Origin: Bacteroidales bacterium
GTDB taxonomy: Bacteria; Bacteroidota; Bacteroidia; Bacteroidales; SZUA-534
Assembly: GCA_046704385.1 (NCBI GenBank)
Contig: JBJKSB010000105.1
Coordinates: 165 to 64,164 of the forward strand
Length of the DNA stretch: 64,000 nucleotides
Reading direction: 5' to 3'
The notes beneath the pieces are model-generated. The model searched no databases. It saw nothing but the letters and a program-made list of their open reading frames with translations, and was not told where the DNA came from. A program made the position numbers and the translations under genes. Each line of letters opens with the position of its first letter. Within the stretch, counting starts at the first letter, position 1. Shown here piece after piece: positions 1-9,242 of the stretch.

Positions 1-1072
1 ATTTTTTTCCTATAATATAATAAATATTATTCCTTCCCGATAGACATAATATATTATTCAGACCCGGGTTGTGAAAAAAAGTTTTCCTGTATTCAGGTAA
101 ATTTTGAAACCATTGGTCAAATTCCAGCTTATCCTTGCTTGCCAGGTACCTTGAAGGCATTCCGCCAAGCCTGGCAAGGTGAATTAAGTCCAGTTCGTTG
201 TTACCGTTGTCGGCAAGTGTCCATAATTGATGCAGCGCATGTTGTAACACCGGAAGCTGGTCGAAGCCGTCGCGAAGTTCGTTTATAAGTACTTCCGTAA
301 GTCTGTTCGATACTTTACCGCCTGACAGCAGGGCCGGTTCTTCAATAACCTGTCTTATTTCATTACGCTTCAGACGGGGAACAAAAAACTGGCTAAAACC
401 GATCATTTCAGGCAAACCTTTAAAAGCCACGCACTGGCTTATAAAGTCCGACCGCATGGTAAATACTATATATATGGGTAAATTGTCATGTAAAGCTATG
501 TTGGCAGTTTCTAATAATAAATTCACCGTAGTGTATGCATCCACCGAAGGTTTACCCGATCGGTAATTTTCATTATTGGTAAAAAACTCTTCAAACTGAT
601 CGGCAAGTATAAACAGGTTTGCCGATTTATTGCGCCTTGTTTTTTGCTCATACGAACTGGCGTTTATCCATTGTTCAGAGGATTCATCAATATAATATTC
701 TGAAGTTTTATAAAGTTCAACAAGGGCTGAAAAACCATTACTTAACTTTTTTTCAATTTCATCAACGTCTTTTTTAAGTTGCTTGCTCAACGATTCGGCA
801 AGTGTATAAAGAGGATTGCGTTCAGGTTTAAAATCAACAAATAACCAATTGTTATATTCGGCATGAAAAAAACCAGCTCTTGCATTAGGTATTACGCCGG
901 CATAAACTAATGAGGATTTACCATCGCCCGATGCACCGGTAATCATAATAATTTTCCGTTCCTCAAGTTGCTTTATAATCTTACGGATATGTACATCACG
1001 TCCTTTAAAAAAGATGGACTCCTCTTCGTTATATGGGCGCAACCCGGGATAGGGACATTTTTTTTTATTCAT
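1..1072 (-). CDS. nSTAND/NACHT-like STAND P-loop NTPase, N-terminal 357 codons only; the gene continues beyond the window start
   Basis: The frame is open from the ATG at 1072..1070 to position 1. It is missing from the ORF track because it is truncated. My translation: MNKKKCPYPGLRPYNEEESIFFKGRDVHIRKIIKQLEERKIIMITGASGDGKSSLVYAGVIP...ANLFILADQFEEFF... It has the PYxGLxxY...FFxGR leader, a Walker A GASGDGKS (914..937) and an hhhhDQFEE Walker B (Asp codon 599..601). These are hallmarks of the nSTAND1-type STAND ATPases. Confidence 0.75.
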   Translation of the reverse strand, partial: MNKKKCPYPGLRPYNEEESIFFKGRDVHIRKIIKQLEERKIIMITGASGDGKSSLVYAGVIPNARAGFFHAEYNNWLFVDFKPERNPLYTLAESLSKQLKKDVDEIEKKLSNGFSALVELYKTSEYYIDESSEQWINASSYEQKTRRNKSANLFILADQFEEFFTNNENYRSGKPSVDAYTTVNLLLETANIALHDNLPIYIVFTMRSDFISQCVAFKGLPEMIGFSQFFVPRLKRNEIRQVIEEPALLSGGKVSNRLTEVLINELRDGFDQLPVLQHALHQLWTLADNGNNELDLIHLARLGGMPSRYLASKDKLEFDQWFQNLPEYRKTFFHNPGLNNILCLSGRNNIYYIIGKK

Positions 1073-1075
1073 TTT

Positions 1076-1918
1076 TTAATTTGAAAATAGTTTATCAAAC
1101 AATACTTTTATTTCGAGAGGGATTAGTTCAGTACTTGTAGAAATATTAATCACATTGGGAGCATCAAAACTTAAATTCTTGTTTTGTTCATGTTCTGTAT
1201 CGCCAATAAGTACCATGGTTTTATTGGTTGATGCCCCGCCAGTATTTTTCCATATTTGTTGAATGAAAGGCAAAGCCCAGTTTCCGGTATGATTAAAATA
1301 GACAACGGTAAGTTGAGAGTTCTGAATTTGCCGGACAATAAATTCTAAATAGTCTATTTCTGATCGTAATGACAGATTCAGTTTTTCGACTTTTACCACA
1401 TCGCTTAAAAGTTCGACTATTCCCTTTCCTTTTTCTTCATCAATTTCATTATGGATGAAGAAAATATTTGACTGTTTTATGTTGTCTTCAGCAGGTTGTT
1501 CCTCATGAATTATCGACCGTATGTCTTCGACAAATAATATCGGAGAATTATGGTTACAAAAGGCAACATTCTGAATCAGGTTATTTCGTATGGAATTAAT
1601 AAAAAGGGATTGTTCCGCTGAAATCTCCTGTAATGAAATAGTTTCGGGTTGCCAGATAAAAATTCTGTACTTTTTGTTTTTCCCCTTTTGCAGATACGAT
1701 TGTTGCAACCAAAATTGTTCTTCTGATATAGTAGGATCAAATTCCGAAGCATGATATTCATTTCCAATAATATGTATTGCACATTGGGTATTCCCGATCT
1801 CTTCCTGATTGGTAAAAACCCCTATATCAGCCGACTGCAGTACCTGAATCAGGTGATTATAGTATTGAGATACTGATTTACCGGCTTTAGGGACAAAGGC
1901 TTTTATTAAAGAATTCAA
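1076..1918 (-). CDS. uncharacterised 280-aa cytoplasmic alpha/beta protein with TIR-like/flavodoxin-like beta-alpha-beta segments
   Basis: ORF track entry with no signal peptide. Segments such as SNIFFIHNEIDEEKGKGIVELLSD...QLTVVYFNHTGNWALPFIQQIW and KYRIFIWQPE resemble the betaA/alphaA and later strands of TIR-like folds. Its stop (1076..1078) lies 3 nt from the start (1072) of the STAND NTPase gene. The fold assignment is tentative. Confidence 0.6.
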   Translation of the reverse strand: MNSLIKAFVPKAGKSVSQYYNHLIQVLQSADIGVFTNQEEIGNTQCAIHIIGNEYHASEFDPTISEEQFWLQQSYLQKGKNKKYRIFIWQPETISLQEISAEQSLFINSIRNNLIQNVAFCNHNSPILFVEDIRSIIHEEQPAEDNIKQSNIFFIHNEIDEEKGKGIVELLSDVVKVEKLNLSLRSEIDYLEFIVRQIQNSQLTVVYFNHTGNWALPFIQQIWKNTGGASTNKTMVLIGDTEHEQNKNLSFDAPNVINISTSTELIPLEIKVLFDKLFSN

Positions 1919-2041
1919 TTTCAGATTGTTTTTAAAAGGCGTTAATATGCCCTGCTAAATTTTAAATAAGTTTTATCACGAGTGAATCATTATTAAACCA
2001 AAGTAACTTTAGTTTAAAAAGTCATTTATTTGTTACTTTTT

Positions 2042-2096
2042 TCATTGCATTTACCAATTTAATGCAATGAGATATCTGAGGTATCTATCTCAGATA
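2042..2096. promoter_or_regulatory. two adjacent stem-loops in the 485-bp spacer between the giant adhesin gene and the TIR-like/STAND cassette
   Basis: Hairpin 1: tcattgcatt (2042..2051) pairs with aatgcaatga (2061..2070), 9-nt loop. Hairpin 2: tatctgaggt (2073..2082) pairs with atctcagata (2087..2096) with one G-U pair and a 4-nt loop. The role (terminator, insulator or operator) is unknown. Confidence 0.3.
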
Positions 2097-2277
2097 CTTA
2101 ATTTTAAATAGCCTATATTCTATTTAAGTGTCAAAAGTATTTGAGGAGGGTTTTACTATCAATTAATATATGCAAAAGCGAATATTGTGTAGACAAAACA
2201 ATACAATTAGTCGATTAATGAAGAAACCACTAATAGATATATAATTCATAAATAAATTCATCGATTAATATCGGTTA

Positions 2278-2403
2278 TGTACTCCGCCGTTGTCGTATAA
2301 CGACTTGATAAGCAGCGCTTTTGACCTCAAACAAATAGTATCCTTTTATTCCTTCATTTTTGCATATGTCAGTTGCAGTATTAATACCTTTGATAAGGTT
2401 TGT
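2278..2403 (-). pseudogene. fossil T9SS C-terminal-domain tail, in frame directly after the stop codon of the giant gene
   Basis: Reading through the TAG at 2404..2406 gives TNLIKGINTATDICKNEGIKGYYLFEVKSAAYQVVIRQRRST then stop at 2275..2277. The segment NEGIKGYYLFEVKS...VVIRQ parallels the functional tail KGPIKPGIYLLRIDTGMEISLRKVILN. Confidence 0.4.
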
Positions 2404-5400
2404 CTAATTAAGAATTACTTTTCGTAAACTTATTTCCATACCTGTATCAATTCTCAGCAGGTAAATTCCGGGTTTAATGGGTCCTTTTTCAAATGAAATC
2501 AGCTTTTGGTTGTGACCCGAAATTTCTTTAATAATTTCTCCGGTGATTGTCATAAGGGTTATTTTTTTGATACCGGTTTTATTCGATTTGACAAAGAGCT
2601 TGTTTGAGGCAGGATTCGGATATATCAATATGTCCTGATTAACCGGTTTGAATTCAATTATTCCCACTCCTTTAATAACTTTAATATTGATTTCAGCGGT
2701 ATAGCTTAAACCGGTATGGTCGACGGCATCTACGAAAAACCGATGAATGGTATCATTAAAGGACAGGTGTTTCTTCATCACTAGACTATCGCCTGTCAGG
2801 GTATAATATTTGCTGTCGATAACTCCGTTATCGTAGTTAAACATGAAGGTGTGGGTATCCAGGGTATCCTCGTCGAGAGCGGAAAATATACCCACAAAAA
2901 GATTATTTTCATTAGTTGTGGTCAAGCTATCGCATGATAAGCTGATACCATATGGGGCTTCCGGCATATCAACAAGCTTTATAAAAAAGGTTTTCTCATA
3001 ATAATTATACTGATTGTCGCGGGTTTTGATTTTTACCTGGTGCGATTTTTCTTTTTCATAATTCAGGTTTTTACCCCAAAGAGCATTTTCAATCACAAAA
3101 AAATGCTGGGTATCGGCAACTACCTCGTAGGTAAAAGAATCATCAGGGGTTTTATCTACAGTAGAAAGTATACCAACAGGACTGTTACCGGAATTATTTT
3201 CATCCACGGTTTGATTGTTTAGTAAGATATCGGTAGGAGAATAATCGAAAGCCAGTGGCAATTTTATAAGTTCGTGCGGGTAGGTGGTAATTTGTTTACC
3301 TTTTTTTGAGGTGCTGTATTTTCCAAGACCAAAGTAAGCTTCATTGTCTATAATAAAAGCGACAGGGTTCAGTCTTTTGGTGGAGATCCCGGGCATGTCA
3401 TTAAGTTTCGTCACTTTGTTTGATTGGGGGTGATACCTGAAAATACTTGCTGTGTTACCGTAACATAAAAAGGCGCTGTTACCTTCAGCAATTACCGATC
3501 CGTTTGATATGGAAAAAGTTGAGCTATCTTGTGAATTTTTCTCAATCCATTGGTTTAATTCCGGATTAAACTCATAAATATCGCCCAAAGCAACTGATTT
3601 TGAATTTATACCACCGGCAAGATAAATTTTATCATAAATTTCAAAAGTCAGCGCACCGTTCCTTGGGGCAAATGAAGGTGTTGGTAATGAATTCCACCGG
3701 TTTTGTTCGGCATTATAGCTGAAGAAATCGTTAAACCGAACAGTGTCATTTCCATTAGAATACTGAATGCCGGTACCTACATACGACTTGTTGTTAAGGA
3801 CGAATGACACTGCTTCAGAGCGGGCCTTACCATTAAAATCGGCTATTTGATTCCAGAAGTTTATGGCAGGATCAAAACAATAAAAATCCTTAAAGTTATG
3901 ATTAGTCAACTTGTTAAATCCCAGCCCGATATAAACCTTTCCTCCCAGAACAAATGAAACTGCATTGGAACGCGCCTCTCCCGGAAAGGTGGAAATCCTG
4001 GTCCAATTATTAGTTGAAGTGCTGAATTTCCAAAGATCGTTAAAAACCGCTGTTTCATTTTCTCCCAGCCCGATGTAAACTTCGTTATTAAGAACAAAGC
4101 TAATGGCTCCCGAACGGCCGTCACCCAAAAACAGGCCAATACCTCCGCAATTGTTTTTAATGTTGTATGTAATAGTATCAACCGGAATGAAGGGATCGTT
4201 GCTTATGACTAGCAGGTTACCTTTCGGTGAAGGAAGGGTATTGAAAGGGATATAGTTTGTAAAAACCAGCGTATCGGTAGTTTCCGGCTGTAACTCGCCG
4301 CGTGTTTTATCAAGTTTAATCTGGTTTGAACAGGCACCGCTTATGGCCACATCGTCAATATAAACGCCATCGAAGGTATTTATGATATCGGAAGTAAAAT
4401 GAAACCTTATGTTAAGGGAATCGCCTTTGATGACATAGCCTGATAAATTGAATGACTTCAGGCGCCAGTCAATGGTATTATTTACTTCATCTAAAGTTAT
4501 CCACGGACCATGGTTTACAGAAAGTTCTGTGCTTAAAAAATCGCAGCAGGCTTCCATATCATTAAAAATATGATAACTGAGTTTACAACTGTCGGGATCG
4601 GTTATTGTAATGGCATTTTTCAGTGAAATATAATTATCTGAGTTGTTTGCATAATTAGCATCCGGACTGTCAGTTAATGCAACGCTACCATTGTAAGAAC
4701 TATTTGTTAAACCCCAGCCACCGGTGAAATCCCAGTTTATTAAACCATTCTCAAAATCATCATAAAAATCGATGGGAAAGTAATAATGTAAGGGGGCACT
4801 TCCGCCATTTTTAAGCAGAATGTTAAACCGGGTTTCGTTTCCGCAAACCTGAACAGTATCAATGTTTTTCGGCGAAAAGCTTAGTATTGGATAGGGTTTC
4901 CCTTTTCCCTGGACAAAAATAAATGTGGTGTCCAGATTTTTTGTGTTATTTATGATACCGATTTTCCCATTATAAATCAAGGAATCAGTGGGTGTGAAAT
5001 TAATTTTAAGGTTTTCGAAAGAGCCCGGTACAATGGTAGGATTAAAAGCGGAATCTACTATAAATTCATCTGACGATGAAAAGACTTTTAAAATTTTCAA
5101 AGTATCGCAACCCTGGTTAAACAATTGCATGGTGCGCATATTCGAAACTGTAACAGGAGTTGCATCAAATATTAGGCTATCGGAAGCCGGCACCAGCAAA
5201 CTCATTTTTTGGATGGAATAGGTGCACAAAATGGAATCATCCGGTTTATAGGGATCATTGCTGAAAATGTGAACAGCCGATTTATAAAAATCATCTTCAG
5301 TATAATTTGCATCAAAAGAAACGACAAGATCCCTGGAAACGCCAGGCGGAATGGTGCCTGAAGAATCACTTAAAACCAGATCCGCTACATTTGTTTCCTT

Positions 5401-8400
5401 AATTTCTGAGAGGTTATTTGGAATAGTACTGATAACATAATCAAGAGGCAGGGAACCTGTGTTTTGTAGCGTGATTGTAGAGTTAATATTTTCACTGCAA
5501 TTAAGCAAGGTGTCAATCCGGTTATCAGAAATTACAAGGTATGGATAAGGATTACCTCTACCCGAAACATCCAAATAACTCGTATCGCTACCGATGCCGG
5601 AATTAACCATACCAATCTGGCTGTTGTAGATAATGGAATCCACAGGTTCAAAAATGATTTCAACATAACCGGTATCAGCCGGAGCAATGCAACGGTTATA
5701 ATTTGGATTGATACTGAAGGCCTGGATTTTGGCCAAGATTTGGGTAATATGTAAGGTATCGCATCCGAGGTTCACGAATCCCGACTTAAGTGTATCTTTT
5801 TCAAATACATTTTGGTTACCAAAATGCAAGGAACTGTCCAGCAAGGTTAAGGTACTGTACTTATTAATTTTGTATTTGCAGTAAAAGGTGTCTATCCTCT
5901 GGAAGGGGTCGTTGCTTTCAATCCGAAATTGTTGTTTAATATTTTCACCTCCTGTCTCGGTGGCATTAAATGATAGCGTCAATTCTTCAGTGGCACCCGG
6001 AGCTAACATTGCTTCCGGTATATCTACCAATATTTTACCGATGCCCGATCCGGTAAGTTTAATATCATCCAGACTGACACCGTCCTTGGTAATTGCTCCA
6101 TCAGTTTTGAGCCTGAACATAATATTCAGGGAATCACTGGTGCTGATATATTCAGCCAGATTAATTTGTTTTGTTATCCAGGCGCTGGTGCCAGTCTCCT
6201 GATCAATACTTATCCAGGCTCCATTATTGACCTTTATTAACGTTTCAACCAGGTCACAACATTCTTCTATTTCGTATTTTATGCGGTACGAAAGCCAGCA
6301 ATTTGTTTTATCAAATACCCTGAAAGGTTTTTTCAGACAGATAGATGCATCGGAATTATTCTGATAAAAACCGTCAGGACTATCACTAATAAAAGTATTT
6401 CCATCAATGGTTTCCGTTGCCCAGGGGCCGACGATTTCCCAGTTTTCCAGGTTGTTGTCAAAACCGTCGTAAAAATCCTGGGGGATTGAATATTCCAGGG
6501 TATCTGAACCATTATTATGGATTTTAATTTTTGAATGGACCGTTTCATCACACAACAGGCTGGTATCAATAACAGTGGCACTAAGCTCTAAAACAGGATA
6601 GGGATTTCCCTGGCCTTTAACTCTGAAATAAGTTGTGTCGTTAACCATATCATTTTTGACAATATAAATATTGCCGCTTGTAACTATGGAATCCACTGGG
6701 TTAAATGTCACTTTTAACCTGACTGAATCATTTGGAGCCACCAAGATATTTTCATTTAAGATTCCGGAAAATCTTGGATTATCAGAAAACACTTTTTCTA
6801 TTTTCAGGGTGTCGCAACCGGTATTCATTAAATATAGCCAGGATGTATCTGACAACAGAACATTAATGGGATTAAAAACCAATGAATCATTTGAAAGTAC
6901 CAGTGTACTAAAACGGTTGAGTTCAAAATAACACGAAACGGTGTCTGATTTTTTTAAAGGATCATTCGTGTGGATACAAAACCGGGTAAAGAAAAATGAC
7001 TCATCAATGATATTGGCATTGAATTTAATAAAGACGGTATCTTTTGTCCCGGGAGCAATGGTTCCATAATTTTTATTAAAGTGGATGTTTTCGGTGCCGG
7101 TTCCTGTAATATTAATGTTATCAATTAATACTCCGTCAAAAGTATTGGTACCATCACTGGTAAAGCGGAAACGTAATCCGAGAGAATCGCCGGGGTTAAG
7201 ATATTCTGAAAGGTTGAATGTTGCGTTATTCCGGTTATTTATGCCATTTTTATGGAGAATTTCAAGCCATTCGTTATTATTGATTTGAATTTCAGCCATA
7301 AAGGCATCACAACAATTTTCCATTTGCGTTTGGTAGTCAAAGTTTAACTGACAATTTTCAGCATTGAAAACCTTGATTTTATTTTTAAGTGATACTATCG
7401 AATTTGAGTTGTTTGAATATAAATCGTTGGGGCTGTCAGCCAGTACATGGTTTTTTGTAATTGTATCATATTGAATTCCCCAACTGCCTGTTACATTCCA
7501 TTGGGAAAGATCTTCTTCAAAATTTTCCGTGAAATCCGTTGGAATTTTGTATTCCAGTGAACTTTTTCCGTTGTTTTCAATAATCAGGTTTACCACAGTA
7601 GAATCGGTGCAATCCAAGGAGGCCTCAATTTTTTTATTTTGGATATAAAAACCGGGAGCTGGCAACCCTTTTCCCAAGACGATGATGGTATCTTTGGGGG
7701 CTTTTCGATAATTACTTTCGATAACTATCCATGAATTATAAGTTTTATCAGTTTTCGGTTTAAATACGATTTCAAAAGCCAGTGAATCAAGTGGGTTAAT
7801 TACCCGGTTGTTGACTTCAGGAGCCAGTATATCACTATCGCCTGATGTAATTGAGCTTATTGTTACCGGATACGAATTGTAATTCACAGCAAATATTTCT
7901 TTAGTTTGTGAAAGACCGGTAAGCAGGCTGTCAAATTCAAGTGTATCCAGCTTTGCTCCAAAAAGCAGGGCCGGTTCTTCCGATAATTCATAAGCACCCA
8001 TATCCACTATAGAATCCGTCAACCCGCGATAAATACGGTTGTTACCTGCAAGGTCGTATCGTAAATTAATGCCGCCAAAGTTTGGGCTGCCCATATCTAT
8101 ACATGGGCTAGTAGGCTTTAATGTATAAATGCCGTTCTCAATATTTTCAAATTCAGGGTCAATATCTAAATTTCCGTTGGTGTTGAAACCTGCATTAAGA
8201 ATATCACTGAATAAAATATAATTTCCCGGGTTGGTTAACTCCTTTATATTGCCGGATTGATTGTAAGCAATTATGCAATTTTTAATAACAGGAGTATAAC
8301 TGTTCCGGTTAATTCCGAAACCACTGTTTTGTACAATAATATTATTGACGATCAGCGGATTTCCGTTGTCGCTTATTTCAATTCCGGTTCCTGAATTGCT

Positions 8401-8955
8401 GGCTATCAGGTTGTCAATAATTTGAGGATTGCTGTTTCGAATGTAAATAATTCCATTTGACCCCACAGCTTGGCTTTTTATGAATTTACAATTTCGAATA
8501 CGTATTTTGTTAAAATCTTTAATGGCCAGAATTCCTCCCTGCTGATCAATCCAGTTTGAACCAAAAGCATTTCCAAAATAAAATTCGCAATAATCGAAAA
8601 ATGAGCTATCGTTGGTTGCCGGCGTATTTATAAACCGTATACCCTGCCATCCACCGGAAGAACTTGTCAGCAGACTATCACCAGCTGTAAAAACAATCTT
8701 TTCATTAAAGGTGCCGCACGCCAGCAAAGTTCCTTCAACGTTTATACTAAAATGACCCTGAAATTCCAAAAGAGTACCAGGATTAACCGTCAACGTTACA
8801 CCATCCTGAACGGATATGTTACCGGTGATTTTAACCGTATCGGCACTCAATACTTCATCTGAGTCGATAATTCCGCTTTTTAATATGGTGGTTTGGGCCT
8901 TAATTGTAAAAAAGTTTACAAAAAACACGCACAATAAGAGTAATTTATGGTTCAT
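2404..8955 (-). CDS. 2183-aa T9SS-secreted modular surface protein (beta-helix, Ig-like/jelly-roll repeats, Kelch propeller, cadherin-like repeats, T9SS CTD)
   Basis: Approximate layout:
- Signal peptide MNHKLLLLCVFFVNFFTIKAQ.
- Parallel beta-helix repeats, aa ~25-325 (NSGTGIEISDNGNPLIVNNIIVQNSGFGI...VDMGAYEL).
- Four repeat units, aa ~432-1602.
- Kelch-like blades, aa ~1603-1885 (VYIGLG...FNDLWKF...W).
- Two cadherin-like units, aa ~1905-2097.
- CTD: ILIYPNPASNKLFV...GIYLLRIDTGMEISLRKVILN. Confidence 0.9.
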   Translation of the reverse strand: MNHKLLLLCVFFVNFFTIKAQTTILKSGIIDSDEVLSADTVKITGNISVQDGVTLTVNPGTLLEFQGHFSINVEGTLLACGTFNEKIVFTAGDSLLTSSSGGWQGIRFINTPATNDSSFFDYCEFYFGNAFGSNWIDQQGGILAIKDFNKIRIRNCKFIKSQAVGSNGIIYIRNSNPQIIDNLIASNSGTGIEISDNGNPLIVNNIIVQNSGFGINRNSYTPVIKNCIIAYNQSGNIKELTNPGNYILFSDILNAGFNTNGNLDIDPEFENIENGIYTLKPTSPCIDMGSPNFGGINLRYDLAGNNRIYRGLTDSIVDMGAYELSEEPALLFGAKLDTLEFDSLLTGLSQTKEIFAVNYNSYPVTISSITSGDSDILAPEVNNRVINPLDSLAFEIVFKPKTDKTYNSWIVIESNYRKAPKDTIIVLGKGLPAPGFYIQNKKIEASLDCTDSTVVNLIIENNGKSSLEYKIPTDFTENFEEDLSQWNVTGSWGIQYDTITKNHVLADSPNDLYSNNSNSIVSLKNKIKVFNAENCQLNFDYQTQMENCCDAFMAEIQINNNEWLEILHKNGINNRNNATFNLSEYLNPGDSLGLRFRFTSDGTNTFDGVLIDNINITGTGTENIHFNKNYGTIAPGTKDTVFIKFNANIIDESFFFTRFCIHTNDPLKKSDTVSCYFELNRFSTLVLSNDSLVFNPINVLLSDTSWLYLMNTGCDTLKIEKVFSDNPRFSGILNENILVAPNDSVRLKVTFNPVDSIVTSGNIYIVKNDMVNDTTYFRVKGQGNPYPVLELSATVIDTSLLCDETVHSKIKIHNNGSDTLEYSIPQDFYDGFDNNLENWEIVGPWATETIDGNTFISDSPDGFYQNNSDASICLKKPFRVFDKTNCWLSYRIKYEIEECCDLVETLIKVNNGAWISIDQETGTSAWITKQINLAEYISTSDSLNIMFRLKTDGAITKDGVSLDDIKLTGSGIGKILVDIPEAMLAPGATEELTLSFNATETGGENIKQQFRIESNDPFQRIDTFYCKYKINKYSTLTLLDSSLHFGNQNVFEKDTLKSGFVNLGCDTLHITQILAKIQAFSINPNYNRCIAPADTGYVEIIFEPVDSIIYNSQIGMVNSGIGSDTSYLDVSGRGNPYPYLVISDNRIDTLLNCSENINSTITLQNTGSLPLDYVISTIPNNLSEIKETNVADLVLSDSSGTIPPGVSRDLVVSFDANYTEDDFYKSAVHIFSNDPYKPDDSILCTYSIQKMSLLVPASDSLIFDATPVTVSNMRTMQLFNQGCDTLKILKVFSSSDEFIVDSAFNPTIVPGSFENLKINFTPTDSLIYNGKIGIINNTKNLDTTFIFVQGKGKPYPILSFSPKNIDTVQVCGNETRFNILLKNGGSAPLHYYFPIDFYDDFENGLINWDFTGGWGLTNSSYNGSVALTDSPDANYANNSDNYISLKNAITITDPDSCKLSYHIFNDMEACCDFLSTELSVNHGPWITLDEVNNTIDWRLKSFNLSGYVIKGDSLNIRFHFTSDIINTFDGVYIDDVAISGACSNQIKLDKTRGELQPETTDTLVFTNYIPFNTLPSPKGNLLVISNDPFIPVDTITYNIKNNCGGIGLFLGDGRSGAISFVLNNEVYIGLGENETAVFNDLWKFSTSTNNWTRISTFPGEARSNAVSFVLGGKVYIGLGFNKLTNHNFKDFYCFDPAINFWNQIADFNGKARSEAVSFVLNNKSYVGTGIQYSNGNDTVRFNDFFSYNAEQNRWNSLPTPSFAPRNGALTFEIYDKIYLAGGINSKSVALGDIYEFNPELNQWIEKNSQDSSTFSISNGSVIAEGNSAFLCYGNTASIFRYHPQSNKVTKLNDMPGISTKRLNPVAFIIDNEAYFGLGKYSTSKKGKQITTYPHELIKLPLAFDYSPTDILLNNQTVDENNSGNSPVGILSTVDKTPDDSFTYEVVADTQHFFVIENALWGKNLNYEKEKSHQVKIKTRDNQYNYYEKTFFIKLVDMPEAPYGISLSCDSLTTTNENNLFVGIFSALDEDTLDTHTFMFNYDNGVIDSKYYTLTGDSLVMKKHLSFNDTIHRFFVDAVDHTGLSYTAEINIKVIKGVGIIEFKPVNQDILIYPNPASNKLFVKSNKTGIKKITLMTITGEIIKEISGHNQKLISFEKGPIKPGIYLLRIDTGMEISLRKVILN
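4150..7662 (-). repeat. protein-level tandem modules inside the giant gene: 4 units of about 220-350 aa, each ending G(N/K)PYP; 3 units carry a jelly-roll (MAM or choice-of-anchor-J-like) insert
   Basis: Unit boundaries are GNPYP at aa 783-787 and 1134-1138, and GKPYP at aa 1352-1356. The jelly-roll inserts lie at about 7102..7530, 6046..6477 and 4333..4770. They share NW.(V/F).G.WG...DSP...Y.NNS...C.L...E.CCD...W motifs (MENCCDAF, IEECCDLV, MEACCDFL). Confidence 0.75.
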
Positions 8956-9242
8956 TTGGCTACAATTTTACCTTATTTGAAAAACCTGAATTTTGCAAAA
9001 CCGGATTCAATAAATTATACTTTGGTGTTCTGGTTAATATTGAATATCAAATAATTTGGTTTTGTAATATGAATCAAAAATAAGACAAAATTTATTATAT
9101 CGATAATAAATTTCTTAAAAACCAGATATTTAAAATTGTTCTATATTGTAACCCATTTATTCTAGCTAATGGTTATGTGGGGGAAGGGGACAGTTTATTC
9201 ACCGCAGATTTTTTAGTTTCTCTGATTAATTTTTCGCTAATC

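Noticed and set aside
9075-9082. Matches to the Bacteroidota -7 promoter motif TAnnTTTG: minus strand at 9075..9082, 2132..2139 and 55550..55557; plus strand at 20404..20411.
   Set aside because: An 8-mer with two free positions is expected by chance many times in AT-rich spacers. I found no properly spaced -33 TTTG partner for them, so they are not reported as features.
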